This document shows, piece by piece, positions 36,989 through 53,419 of a DNA stretch of 64,000 nt (the stretch's first letter is position 1; each line of letters begins with the position of its first letter). The notes under the pieces are model-generated. The model saw only the letters and a program-made list of their open reading frames with translations. It did not search any database and had not been told where the DNA came from. The stretch lies in assembly GCF_009914755.1 (NCBI RefSeq), contig NC_060933.1; one strand, given 5' to 3'. Source of the stretch: the human T2T-CHM13v2.0 reference genome, Homo sapiens. The position numbers and the translations under genes are program-made.

Positions 36989-38829
36989 TCAATGTTAAAC
37001 TTATAGAAAGAACAGGTAGTCACAGTTAGAATGTGATTTTAGGGGCTAGGAAATCAACCCCAGACTTCAGCAAATCAATGTTCCACCACTGAAGTGTGCT
37101 AATATTTAGTATGAAACCGCTTACGGATTTCAGATCTTTTCCTGAAAGCAAACTTTAATATAGCAGAAGTCATCTGGATTTGGGCTGGAGATGGGGAGAA
37201 TGAGAGGAGGCAAGTACTATAAGGGGTGGAGTGTAGGGGTAGGAGAGAGTAAAGAAAGGCATTAATTAAATGTCAGAAGTGAATTTATTCATTTTGTAGT
37301 TTTATCTAAACTGAAAACTGATCCTTGCTTGAATGGCTTGATAGAGAATGCCTCTCTCATGGGGCAAGGATAAAGCTATAATTATAAAACTTCAAGCTTA
37401 AAATAATGGGACTCAATGTTTGGGGCATCTTTTTAACTCAGCTAATCTAAGGATATGAGAAAATACTGTTCCTATTTAAGGAGCAAAAATTGGTAGATAT
37501 GTGTTTGGGAGAATTTTTAGATTTGCTAGCATTTGTGTTTCAGAACACTAAACAGCCTCATGGCAAGCCTGAATTTCTGAATATAATGAAGCAGAGACTG
37601 TTTTGTCTTGAGTAGATCCAGTTCGTGAAGTCTCAGGGGAACAGCATGCTTCATGCCTGCCAGCAGATGAGCTTCAAAGTGCCTTAAGGAAGCACTTTGA
37701 CCAGAAGGTAGATAACTCTTATTATAGAAGAAGAAGGAGTGTGTAATCATCTCCTACTGGTAAGAATAGTTATTGCTTTTGCAAACACTGTAAATGTGCA
37801 ATCTAGAAGCTAGAAATAAGTACGCAGTTAGAAGGCAGTCTTTTTTTTCATATGTAGTGAAGCTACTACACTTTCTGCAGTGGCAAATCTTAGCAGAGAT
37901 TGTAAATCTAAGCAGAGAGGTATCCAGGATTGTGGTAGTCTACACTGAGTATGCCTACATGATGGTAGAGAAAAAAAATGAAGATTACATGCAGGATAGC
38001 TCCCTAAGAATATCAGATAAGAACTTCTGCAGAACAACTTGTTATGCATCTTCTGGTCCAAATTTTCAAAGAAACTGCTGCCGGGTATAAGGATACAAAA
38101 AAAGAGAGAGAGAAAGGGAGAAAACAAACAAACAAAAATGACCCTGAAGTGATAAAATATTTGGCTGCATTTGTTATTTAGGAAAGTCTGTAACTCAGAA
38201 ATGAGATGGTCTGGAGGGAGACTTTAGAAACAATAGCAAGACACGAAAGTTCTCTCGAAACCTTGGATCCCATTTTTCATAATAAACAGATTTATGTCTT
38301 TTTTGATTAGCTTGTGAAAATTATTTGAGAATAATTTATGAGAAGTTCCCACTGCTAAAATATACTGAGTTCAATAAATTATTCATATTTTATTTTCATT
38401 AATTAAAATAAACCCAAATCCTATTAAGAACTTTTTCAAAGACTGATAACCATGACTACAAAATGCTTTGTTGTCACATTTCTTTTCATTCCATAAATTA
38501 AATAGACTCTTCTTTGTCTCTAAAGGCTATATAAACATATTATGTTTCCCAGGAAAGGCTGCAGTTAAATGTTGGCATTTTGTCCTTATGTTCCTATAGT
38601 TTCCTGTTGTAGCAGTGTAGAATGAAGTTATGCCAGAACAATTTCCACATAAATATTGAATAAAGTGGACTTTTCATGGTTCAAAGAGTTTTGTGCCAAT
38701 GTTTCTTTTCTTAAGTGTTCAATGTAAATTTATGAAATTTTAATATTCTCTCATAAACACCTAAGTGTAGTTGCCATTAAATACAGATTCACATTCATGT
38801 TAGAACTGCTATTTTTTTGTTTCATATGA

Positions 38830-39333
<504 letters not shown>

Positions 39334-39530
39334 CAAATAAATTTTAAAGCCCTACATTCTTGGGCAAATTTTACCCTTAAACAAAAATTCAGCCAATTGT
39401 ACTAATCCAATAAAGAGCCATTTTAGGGAGCCTAAAGTTTTTTTATGAAAGCTCTAGTTGAATCACATATCAAAGTACTGGTCTATTAAGTTTCTTTTTT
39501 TCAGATATAAGTTAATTTTGATGTATTTTA

Positions 39531-39857
<327 letters not shown>

Positions 39858-39879
39858 GTCACCATTTTGAATGCTTAGA

Positions 39880-40785
<906 letters not shown>

Positions 40786-42154
40786 ACAATAATCACCCTT
40801 TAAACCTATCTTTCAACATTTAAAGTTTGCAAAGGCAAAGTTTTATTCACCTATGGAACATGGTTTACTAACTGAGCAACTCTGGGCAAGTACTCTCTTG
40901 GCCTCTTAAGTGGGGATAATAACAGGGCATGCCTCCAAATCTTCCTGTGAACATTAAGTGAATGGATACGTACTGGACACTCAGAAAAATGCTTGGGTTG
41001 TAGTGATATTTAAGTGCCATTATAATGGCAGCATTGTATGAACAGTACATGTGAAGAAATATTTTTAAAAAATCTAATCATTGTATGATATAACTAGAAA
41101 TTTTATTTAAGTACTTAAAGTAAGAATATTTCTATTTAAAATTCTAGAGGCAGTGAAAATAACATTAAAAATGAAAATAAAGACATTTTTCAGACTTAGA
41201 AAACCTGAAATAATTCATCTCCAACATAGCCACTTTACAATAAATGTTAAAGTTTTTAGGCAGAAGAAAATTGAAAAACTGATACTAGATGGAAATATAA
41301 ATGCATACAAAGGACTGTGGAACACTGGACATGGTAACTACATGAATAAAATTCTGGAAGGTTTTCTTATTATTTAAGTATTTTTAAAATACAATTGTTT
41401 AAGTAACAGTAATAACAATATAGCATGAGGTTTATAACACATGTAGAAGTCAAATTTATGGCAGTGATGGCACAATGCCTATGAGGAGAAAAATGGAAGT
41501 ATGCTTTTGAAAAATTTTATATGTGAAGTAATATAATATAACTTGAATATACACTGTGAAAAGTTAAAAATATATGCTACATACCCTAAACCAACCACTA
41601 AAATATGCCAACAAAGAGTAAAGGTTGATAAGCCAATCAAAGAGATAAGATGAAATTCTTAAAGAAATTCTCAATTATCCTTTAAAAAGGGCTAAAAAAG
41701 AGAATAAGTAACAAAGCACAGAGGGAACAAATGAAAAACCATTTTAAGAAAATAAACTTAAATCTAACCATATCAATAATCACATTAGTATCAATTGCCC
41801 AAAAACTCTAATATTGACAGATTAGATTCAAAGAAAGCAAAAGCTAACAGTATTCTGCCTCCAAAAAAACATACTTTAAATGCAAAAACACAAGCAAAAA
41901 GATGAAAAAATATATAATAAACACTACCTCAAAGAAATCTGGAGTGACTATAGTAGTATCACACAAAGTAAATTTCAGTTGAATGGTTATTACTAGAGAT
42001 AAAGTCATTTCAAAATAATGAAAGAGTCAGTTTGTCAAGAGAAATAAAAAACCTAAATGTTTATATAACAAATCATGTACATTCAATATACATGAAGCAA
42101 AATATAAAGATTATAAGAAAAATAAACATTTTTCTTTCCACAATTACAGTTAGA

Positions 42155-42489
<335 letters not shown>

Positions 42490-44005
42490 TGATACAGCAA
42501 GAAGACAAAAATTCAGTAAGAGTGTAAAAGATTTGACCAACATTACCACTTGACCTAATTGACATGTATAGAAAATTTCAAATACCAACTGTCAGATACA
42601 CATTTTTTTAAAAAATGTACACAGAATATTTACCTAGAAAAAAACATATGCTGGGGCATAAAATTAATCTCAGTGATGTCAGAAAAATGGCAGACTAGAA
42701 AACTTTAGAACTTTGTCCCCCACGGAGACATTAAAGAAAAAACTACAAATTGGTTAAACTGACATTTAGGAACTATGGAAAACAGCTCAAGGTTTACAGA
42801 AAACACATGAACATCCAAACAAAACAGAGCCACATCCAAAGCAGTAGAAAATTGTGAGGCATTTTTACTTGGCTTTGCCACATCCCATACCTGGAACTGC
42901 ACAGAATGGTCTTAGGAAAGTGATGGCTGAGCTTCCAGTTCCTTCCCTGGAACTGGAAGGGTAAACCAGACTTTATTTGAAATGTTCTAACCTGTCTGGG
43001 AGCTCCATGTTGGATTAGTCTCTGTTGTTTCTAACTCATAGGTCAGACAGCAAAGATCAGAACAGCTCAGATCTCAGGCTATGAAAACCAATGAGAGACA
43101 ACAGACATAGCTCGTGAATGTTGCTGTGAGATGCAAGATAGACGTGCAAATACCTGGAGCACGAGATTACAGATAGAGGAATAAAATAGAATATTCACAA
43201 CTCTGAGGAGAAGCAGGGCTATGACCCCTAGGAAAATTAAGACATTTTCTAAAAGGCTGTATACACAAGGAAAAAATAAATAAAACCACACACAGGCCCA
43301 GAGAAAATGAAGTCTGATAAAAGACCACAGAAGATGAAAGCCTTCAGACCAGGCTGATCTCAAGTCAAAGAACATGCCTTTCTAATTATTGAAGAGCTTT
43401 TCCTACACAGACTCAGTCTGCAAACATTGGGAGAGGAAATGCCTTTTTTTCTAAATGCCCCATTTTCCACAATAACAATAACAATAACAAATTACAAGGT
43501 GTTCAAAGAGACAAGAAAGCCATGGCCCGATCAAAGAAGAAAATACAGCTGCAGAAACTGTCCCTGAAGAAACATTGACATTTGAAATACTAGACAAAGA
43601 CTTTTAAACAACTATCTTATGCTCAAGGAGCTAAAGAAAAACATAGACAAATAACTAAAAAGTGAAGAAAATAATATATGAACAAAAGGAGAATATCAAC
43701 AAAGAGACAGAAATTATTTTAAAAGAACCAACAAGAAATTCTAGAGATGAAAAATACAGTAAGTGAATTGAAAAATTTATGAGACAGCTTTAACAGAAGA
43801 CTTTAGCAGGCAGTGGAAAGAAGCAGCAAACAAAAAGAAAGATTATTTAAAAGTAGTGAGTCTAAGGACCAAAACGGAAAAAAAAAAAAAGAAGTGAATA
43901 GAGTCTAAGGTATTTAATAGTCACCATTGAGTAGTCCAATTATTCATTACAGAAGTTCCAGAAACAGGAGAAAGAAGGAGGCAGTGATTTATATGACAAC
44001 ATAAG

Positions 44006-44510
44006 TGTCAGAGGCGTTCAAACCAGAGCAACTCCATTTTGAGTGAGGGCTAGGAAAATGAGGCAGAGACTTGCTGGACTGCATTCTCAGAAAATTAGGC
44101 GTTTTCCTAGCTTCTAGATGTTTATGAATCAGTGAACAAATTAATGATGCTTATTAAAACAGACCCAGACTTGGGAGTGTCCAGATATCTCAATATCTGG
44201 AGAATAAGGGCATTCTTAATTTTGCATTAAAGATAATAATATTGATTCTTGCAAAATATGGTAATTAAGAAAATTAATCCTTTATCAAAAACTCTTGTAG
44301 GAGAGCACATCTCCCCATATATGCAGCCATCGTACCTAGGATGGATGTGTTCTTCCTCTCACTTTCAGGAATGTCCTACTCTGTCTATGGAGTAGCTGTT
44401 CTTTCACCGCTTGCTTTTACTTTGCACTGTGGACTCGCCCTGAATTCTTTATTGTGTAAGCTCTAAGAACCCTCTCTTGGGGTCTGTATTGGGACTCCTT
44501 TCTGGTAACA
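44006..44510 (+). mobile_element. ERV1 solo LTR, MER41-related/MER4 group
   Basis: TG...CA termini (tgtcagaggcgttcaaaccagagc...ctggtaaca); 4-bp TSD TAAG at 44002-44005 and 44511-44514. Confidence 0.85.
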
Positions 44511-44909
44511 TAAGGATCAAAAATTTCCCAAATTTTTAAGACATGTATATGCAAATCCAAGAATCTCAATGAACTCCAAGTATGATAAAACAAAAGGAGT
44601 GTAGGCAGAGGAACAAAATTGTCAACTGAAAATTTTATAATTAGCAAAACTGTCCTTCAAACATGAGAGGAAAACCTTCTGGTTCTAAACCAGTATGTAA
44701 GGAGCTTGATAGTCATACTTTATCCTAACAACTAGTAAAAAGTTGAACAAACAAAAAACTCAACACCTCTTCTCAGATCTGTCATGGAAATGAGATCAGA
44801 GAGCAAACCAAGGCCCCCCAAATTGGAGAGACAGACAGGCAGATACATAGAAGCAAAACTTAACTCATGCAGAAATGATGAGCAGAAATCTCCATAAGAC
44901 CCAGTGCTG

Positions 44910-45228
44910 GGTTGGGCATAGTGGCTCACGCCTGTAATCCCAGCACTTTGGGAGGCTGAGGTGGGCAGATCACCTGAGGTCAGGAGTTCAAGACCAGCCT
45001 GGCCAACACGGTGAAACCCCATCTCTACTAAAAATACCAAAATTAGCTGGGCATGTTGGCGGGAACCTGTAATCCCAGCTATTCAAGAGGCTGAGGCAGG
45101 AGAATTGCTTAAAGCCGGGAGGTGGAGATTGCAGTGAGGCAAGATCATGTCATTATACTCCAGCTTGTGCAACAGAGCAAAACTCCACCAAAGAAAAAAC
45201 AAAAAACAAAAAAACACACAAAAAAAAT
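44910..45228 (+). mobile_element. Alu (AluSq/Sx-like)
   Basis: TSD ccagtgctg. Confidence 0.92.
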
Positions 45229-47507
45229 CACCAGTGCTGAAGTAGAAAAACCTGAAACTGTAATTAACAAATTGCTGGAGCTCAATGTGAACAACTCTAA
45301 AAGTTAAAAACTTCAAGTGGGTACACTCATTGAAGGTCTCCATACTTTTGTGAATTATGCCTCCAGAAACTCTACTAGGTTCTCAGTGAATGTTGGAAAA
45401 AATGTCCTCATGCTTCTGGCAGGAGGAAGGGGAAAGGAACCATTTGGAAACATGCTGGAGTATTCAGTTATTTTTCACAAGACCTGCACCAGGAGAAACT
45501 ATTTTACTAGAGCTTAATCTGCTGGGGTTTTATCAGAGCCTACTATACATGACAGAAGGAAAATACTCAACTGGCTGTAGCCTTCCACATGCACAAAAGG
45601 GAATAAATAACTCCATCTCCTTCTGGCCTTTCATGTGGGGGAAGAGAAACACTCAGCTACAATCCCTTTTAGATTTCCACATGGAAAAAGGGAAATATAC
45701 AACTTCATCCTCCCTTCAGCCATTATGTCTCATCTAAAGTCAGGGAGGAACTGAGAAGCACTGATGAAGTTCACAGTCAAGGGGCACAGTCTCACCAAAA
45801 GACTGAGCCCTAATCATAGGACTATAGAATGCTCCCCTTCCCCTTACACTCTATCACTACATTACTAAAGGCCTATTTACTATAGCTGCTTTTACTTAGT
45901 ACATTGTGTTCACTTTTCAACAAAAAAAATTCCAAGATAGACTGAAATGCAAAAAAAAAAAAAAACAGTTTGAAAAGTATGAACAAGCATCATAAGCAGA
46001 GTCAAGTATGGCAGCAATGTTGGAATTATCAAAGCAGATATTTTAAATAATTGTAATTAATGTGCTAAGGACTCTAGTAAATAGACAACATGCAAGAACA
46101 GATGAATTATGTAAACAGAGAGATGGGGATACAAAGAAAAAAATCAAAAAAGAAGTGCTAGAGATCAAAGACATTGTAATAGACATAAAGAAGGGCTTTG
46201 ATGGGCTCATTAATAGACTGGACATAGCCAAAAAATAATCTTTGAGTTTGATGATATGACAATAGAAATTTCCAAAACTAAAGAGCAAGGAAAAAAATAC
46301 TCAGTAAAAACAGAATAGAATATCAAAGAACTGTAACAAAACTACAAAAGGAGTTAATATATATATTGGGAATTTTAAAAGGACAGGAAAGAGAGAAAAA
46401 AATGGAAGCAATATTTGAAACAATAATGACTGAAAATTCCTTCCAAACTAGTGTCAGACACCAAACCAGAGATCAAGAAAGCTCAGAGTACACCAAACAG
46501 GATACATGAAAAGAAAAATTACACCTAGGCATTTCATATTCAACTTCAGAAAATCAAAAATAAGAAAAAAAAGTCTTGAAAGAAGCCAGAGAGGAAAAAT
46601 ACCTTACATATAAAGGAGCAAAAATAAGAATTACTTCTTAAATTTTCTTAGAAACCATGCAAGCAAGAAGAGTGAAGTTGAGAGAAAAACCACCAGCCTA
46701 GATTTCTGCACCCTGTAAAATTATCCTTCAAAAGTAATAAGAACTAAAGTTCTTCTCAGACAAACGAAACCTGAAGGCATTGTTACTGGTAGACCTACCT
46801 TGCAAGAAATGTTAACGGAAGTTCAGAAAGAAAATGATGTAGGTCAGACACTCCAATCTACATAAATAAAAGAAGAGAGTCAATGAATTAATAAGTAAAA
46901 GTAAAGTAAAACATTCATTTTTTTGTTCTTAATTGATCAAAGACATAATAGTTTGTTCAAAATAATAATAGCAACAATATATGGTTATGTATGCATATAT
47001 ATGCTTTTGTATACTTTTGTATACATGAAGTGAGTGATAGCAATGATAAAAGAGAAAGGAAGGAAGAATTAGGAATATTGTGTTATTAATATATCTTCTA
47101 CCTGTGAAGTGGTATAGTGTCATTTGAAAATGTACTTGGATTAGTTGTAAAAATATATTGCGAACTCTAGGACTAATGTTTTAAAACTTTAAAAAAGTAT
47201 AATTGATATGCTAAGGAAGGAGAGAAAATGAAATCATATAAAGTGCTCAATTAAAACACAAAAAGTAGAAAACTATGCACAACAAAAATAACTAAGAGCA
47301 AGGACGGCAAAGAAAAATCATTAACAGAGATGGTACATATTAATTGCTATATCAATAGTCATCTTAACTGTCAATGGTCTAAAACACACCAATTAAAATA
47401 CAGAGACTGTCATAGTAAATCAAAAAACAAGACCCAGCTGTCTACAAGAAGCTCATTTTAAATTTGAAGACTCATAGAGATAAAAATTAAGGGGATGGAA
47501 AAGATAC

Positions 47508-48077
47508 TGAGGTAAATTATAAAGGGTGGTCATAGCCTCCCTTAAAGGAGAACAAACTTGCTAAATAGATGGAGAGAATAAACTACCCGACAGTGCACAA
47601 ACCACATCATGGGCTCAGGGTTAGAACATCCTGCAGCAAGGAGGTAGAAAAATAGAAGGGAGAATTCCCAAATTCACACAAGCACAGAAACCCATGATTA
47701 GTGTCCTTGGACTGACCTATATTCACTATAATAGTAAAAGAAAAACACCCCTGGGTGGAGATTTAAGATGCTAATGATACATGCAATGTAAGTCCTAGCA
47801 TGCACAACCACAGCACCTGTGCAGCCAGGGGACTACCCATAACATACTCATCAGAACACCCCTTCCCACCCCTCCATGAATAATCATGTAAATCTCCCAT
47901 AAAGGGCGATCCCCCTGCATCAGACAGGGCTGTCTCACCTTTGAGCAGCCTGCTCTGATCAGCTGTCAGAGTGTACTTTGCTTTGCAATAAACTCTTTTG
48001 CTTACTGTTACTTTGGACTCGTTCTCAAATTCTTTTGTGCAGCAAAGTCAAGAACCTGAAACAGCCCACTGGCAACA
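47508..48077 (+). mobile_element. ERV solo LTR inserted in L1 endonuclease region
   Basis: TG...CA termini, AATAAA at ~47987, 4-bp TSD ata(c/g); L1 sequence resumes on both sides. Confidence 0.8.
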
Positions 48078-51000
48078 ATAGCATGCTAACAGTAATCCAA
48101 AGAAAGCAGGAGTAGCTCTATTAATGACATATCCCACTTCAGAACAAGAGGAATTATCAGAAATAAAGAGAGTAATTACATAATAAAAATGGGGTCAGTT
48201 CTCCGAGAAGACATAACAATCCTTAGTGTTTACACACCTAAAAACAGAGCATCACTATATGTTAGGCAAAAACTAATAGAACTTCAAGGAAAAATAGATG
48301 AATTTACTACTGTACTTTGAGACTTTAACATCTCTCTACTAGTAATTAGCAGATTAAGCAGGCAAAAAATTAGGGAAGACATATTATAATTCAAGTCAGC
48401 AGTGACATTAATCAACTGCATCCAATTGACATGTGTAGAATAATTCACCCAACAGCAGAATACACATGCTTCTGAAGCTCCCATGGAATGTTCACAAAGA
48501 CACATCACTATCTAGGCCATTAAAAAGCAACTTATTTAAAAGCATGTAAGTCATGCAAATTATGTTCTATGACTACAGTGAAATTAAGCTAGAAATCAAC
48601 TTCAGAAAGATGACTGGAAAACATTAAAATACGTGAAGGCATAACATCACACTTCTAAATAAAAAATGGATCAAGGAAGTCTCAAGAGGAACTGTAAAAT
48701 ATTTTGAACTAAATGAAAATGAAAATACAACTTTAAATTTGAAGACCCATAGAGATAAAAATTAAGGGGATGGAAAAGCTACTGCGGTAAGTTATAGAGG
48801 GTGGTCATAGCTTTTCATTTTCGCTTACATCTCACGGAAGTGTGTGAAATGCAGTAAAACAATGCTTAGACCAAAATTATAGCATTGAATGTACATGTTG
48901 CATCCCAAGGAGGGTCTAAAATTAATAATCTAACTTTTCACCTTAGGAAGCTAGTAAAGGAAGAACAAATTAGACTCAAAATAAGGAGAAGAAAAATATA
49001 AAAATCAATAAAATTGAAGACAGAAAAATCAATAGAAAAAAATCAACAAAATAAAAATCTGATTCTTTGAAAAGATAAATAAAATTGGTAAATCTCTATC
49101 CAGAGTAAGAGAGAAAAAGAATACAAATTATTAATATCAACATTTAAAGAAGAACCACCTCTATAGATACTATGGACATTAAAACACTTAAAAAAATAAA
49201 GAAATATTATTAACAACTTCATAAGTTTGATAACCAACATAAAATGCAGCACTTCTTTGAAATATACAATCTACTAAAATTCACACCAGGAGAAAAAGAC
49301 AATCTGAGTTGTCCTATATCTATCAAAGGAACTGAATCAATAATTAATAAGCTGATAAAATAGAAAGTACCAAGCCCCAGAGAGTTCTCTAGTAAATTCT
49401 AACACTTAAAAGAAAAATTATAACAATTCTCCAGAATTTTTTCCAAAAAATAGAAGCATACAGAATGCTTCCCTAGTTATTCTATGAGGTCATTATTACC
49501 ATACACCAAAACCAAAGACATTACAAGAAAGAAAAAAACAAAGAGCACTATCTTTCATTAAGCAAAAATCCTGAACAAAGTATTAGCAAATTGGATCCAA
49601 TAATGTGTAAAAAGATGATGAAGTGGACCTTATCCTAATTATGAAAGGCTAGTTCAACAATTGAAAATAAACTGATATATTTCATCACATTAACAAGAAA
49701 AAGAAAAAAAACAAGATCACATCACCAGATGCAGAACAACATTTGACAAAATCCAACATCCATTAATGATAACTCTCGGCAAATTAGGAATAGAGGGAAA
49801 CTTCCTCAAAGTGACAATGTCTATAGGAAACCTACAGCTAACATCATATTCCCTCGTAAGAAGTTAGATGCTTTCCTGGTAAGATGAAAAACAAGGCAAG
49901 AATGCCTGCTCTCACCTTACTCAACATCATACTGAGGGTCCTAGCTAATGCAATAAAACATGAAACACACATAAAAGTTAAACAGATTTGGAAGAAAGAA
50001 ATAAGACTCTGCTCACAGATGGCATGACTGTTTATGTAAAAAATCCCCCCAAAATCAACCAAAACATTTGTGGAACTAACATGTGGTTATAGTAAGGTTG
50101 TAGAATATAATGTTAATGTACAAAAGTCAATTGATTTCTGATATACCAGCAATGGGCAATTGGAATTTGAAATTAAAAGCATAATACCATTTACTTTAGC
50201 ATTGAAAAGAGAAATGTTTAGGCATAAATTCAATAAAATATGTACCAGGTTTATATGAGAAAACTACAAACTCTGGTGAAAGAAATCAAAGATCTAAATA
50301 AATGGAGTATAAATAGAATAAAATATGTGCAAAGTTTATATGAGAAAAAACTACAAACTGATGAAAGAAATCAAAGAAGATCTAAATAAATGGAGAGATA
50401 TTCTATGTACATGGATAAGAAGACTCAATATTGTCATAATGTCATTTCTTCAAAACTTGATCTGTAGATTTAATGGAACCCCAATCAAAATTCCAGCAAA
50501 TTATTAAGTGGATATCCACAAACTGGTTCAAAAGTTTATATGAAATAACAAAAGATCCAGAACAGCCAACATAATATTGAAGGAGAAGAATGAAGTTCGA
50601 GGTCTAACAAACTAATTTCTGTATGATTCCAACTACATGGCATTCTGGAAAATGAAAAATTACAGACACAGTAAATAGCTCAGTGATTGCCAGGAGTTTG
50701 AGGGAAAGGGGACTAGGGGTAAATGGAACACAAGAGATTTTCAGAATAGTAACACTGTTATGTATGACATAGTAATTTTGGATACATGCCATTATATATT
50801 TGTCCAAACCCATGGAACGTCAATCACAAAGAGTGAAGCCTAATATAAACTATGGGCTTTAGTAACTAATGGTGTATCAATACTGGGTCATGGATTCTAA
50901 CAAATGTGCCACACTCATGTAAGATGCTAAAAATAGGAGAAACTGCAGGGAGGTATACGGGAACTGTTTTTTTCTTTCATCTTTTTTTCTGTAAACCTAA

Positions 51001-51698
51001 AACTTAGTAAAAAATGAAGCATCTTATTTTTTAAAATTATCTAAATACATTAATAAAAAGTGAGAGATTAGCAAAGTAGATTTCAAAATATCCTAATCAT
51101 AAGCTGTTTATAAGAAACCTACTTTACATTTAATAAAATAGGTAAATTGAAATTAAATGCATGAAAAAGACATAATATGCAAATTTTAACAAAATAATGC
51201 AGGAATGGCTATATTAATATCTGATGGAGAGACTTCAGAGTAAGGAAAATTACTAAAGACAAAGAAAGATATTACATATTTTTAAAAACCAAGCTACTAT
51301 GAAGACACAATGATTCTAAATGTATATAAACCAACAGAATTTTAAAATACATGGAGCAAAATCAGAGAATACTGAAAGAAGAAATAGACAAATCTACAAT
51401 TATAGTTGGGGATTCCAACCTTCTCACTAGCTGACAGAATTACTAGTCAGAAAATTAGCATAGATATAGAAAAATATGAACTACACAGTTCACCAACAGG
51501 ATCCAATTGATATTCATATATAGATTTATCACATAAAGGAAACTCCAATAAGATTAAAAACTAATTGCTCATCATAAGTAACAGAAGGCAGAAGAAAGTG
51601 GAATGACATATTAAAAGTGATTAAAGAAAATAAGAGACCAAGAATCTTATATCTAGCAAAACTATATGCTAAGACTAAAGATTAAATAGACATTTTCT

Positions 51699-52002
<304 letters not shown>

Positions 52003-52476
52003 TCATATAAACAAAAATTGAGAAAATGTGTTGCTGGAAGATTTATCTTGATATTTATTAACACTAACAAAAGATTTCCAAGCTGATTCCTGATACGTGT
52101 TCAACCCCATATGAGAAAACAAAGAGGCTGGTAAATTGAATTATGTAGATAATTGTTAGAGTATAATTGGATATTTTGTCTTCTTTCCTTAAACGATTTA
52201 AAATGCAATTGCATAAAATGATATGTATATACACAGATTGTTGGATTCGTAATCTATGGAAATGTAATATATTTGACAATAATGGCACAAAGGATATGAG
52301 CAGAAGCAAATCTATATTGGACCAACCAAGAGGTTGACACCAGATGGTTTTTCAGGTGTACAAAAATAAAGAGAACCAGAAATGGCAGAAAAGAAGATTA
52401 ATATCACAAACTTTACAAATGTATACTTGCCCTCCAAGAAAGGAAGAAACCTCAGCTTCTTTAAAAGATGCAAAAG

Positions 52477-53239
52477 TAAAAAGAACAAAGCTGGAGACAT
52501 CATGCTACCTGACTTCAAAGTATACTATAAGGCTACAGTAACCAAAACAGCATGGTACTGGTACCAAAACAGAGATATAGACCAATGGAAAAGAACAGAG
52601 GCCTCAGAAATAACACCACACATTTACAACCATCTGATCTTTGAGAAACTTGACAAAAACAAGCAATGAGGAAAGAATTGCCTATTTAATAAATGGTATT
52701 GGGAAAACTGGCTGGCCATACGCAGAAAACTGAAACTGGACCCCTTCCTTACACCTTATACAAAATTTAACTCACGATGGATTAAAGACTTAAACATAAG
52801 ACCTAAAACCATAAAAACCCTAGAAGAAAATCTAGGCAATACCATCCAGGACATAGGCATGGGCAAGGACTTTATGACTAAAACACCAAAAGCAATGGCA
52901 ACAAAAGCCAAAATAGACGAATGGGATCTGGTTAAACTAAAGAGCTTCTGCACAGCTAAACAAACTATCATCAGAGTGAACAGGCAACCTACGGAATGGG
53001 AGAAAATTTTTACAATCTATCCGTCTGACAAAAGGCGAATATCTAGAATCTACAAAGAACTTAAACAAATTTACAAGAGACAAACAACCCCATCAAAATG
53101 TGGGCAAAGGATATGAACAGACACTTCTCAAAAGAGGACATTTATGCATCCAACAAACATATGAAGAAAAGCTCATCATCGCTGGTCATTAGAGAAAGGC
53201 AAATCAAAACCACAATGAGATACTATCTCATACCAGTTA
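52477..53239 (+). mobile_element. Primate L1PA (PA7/8-like) ORF2 internal fragment, truncated at both ends
   Basis: [31 protein letters not shown]...; ends abruptly with no 3' UTR. Confidence 0.85.
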
Positions 53240-53419
53240 TGTGATGCTTTTATAAAGCATGCTTTCTTGCGTGCCGCCATGATTGTAAGATGTGACTTTG
53301 CTCCTCCTTGCCTTACACCGTGATTGTGAGGCCTCCCTAGCCAGGTCAAACCTCTTTCATTTATAAATTACCCAGTCGCAAGTATGTCTTTATTAGCACT
53401 GTGAGAACAGGCTGATACA
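53240..53419 (+). mobile_element. THE1 LTR 3' portion
   Basis: tgattgtgaggcctccc...ataaattacccagtc...gagaacaggctgataca. Confidence 0.85.

Noticed and set aside
37674-37700. Hairpin TCAAAGTGC-cttaaggaa-GCACTTTGA containing a miR-520/302-like word (AAAGTGCTTCCTT on the minus strand)
   Set aside because: Only a 9-bp stem in 27 nt, far too short for a pre-miRNA; no extended pairing seen; likely chance.
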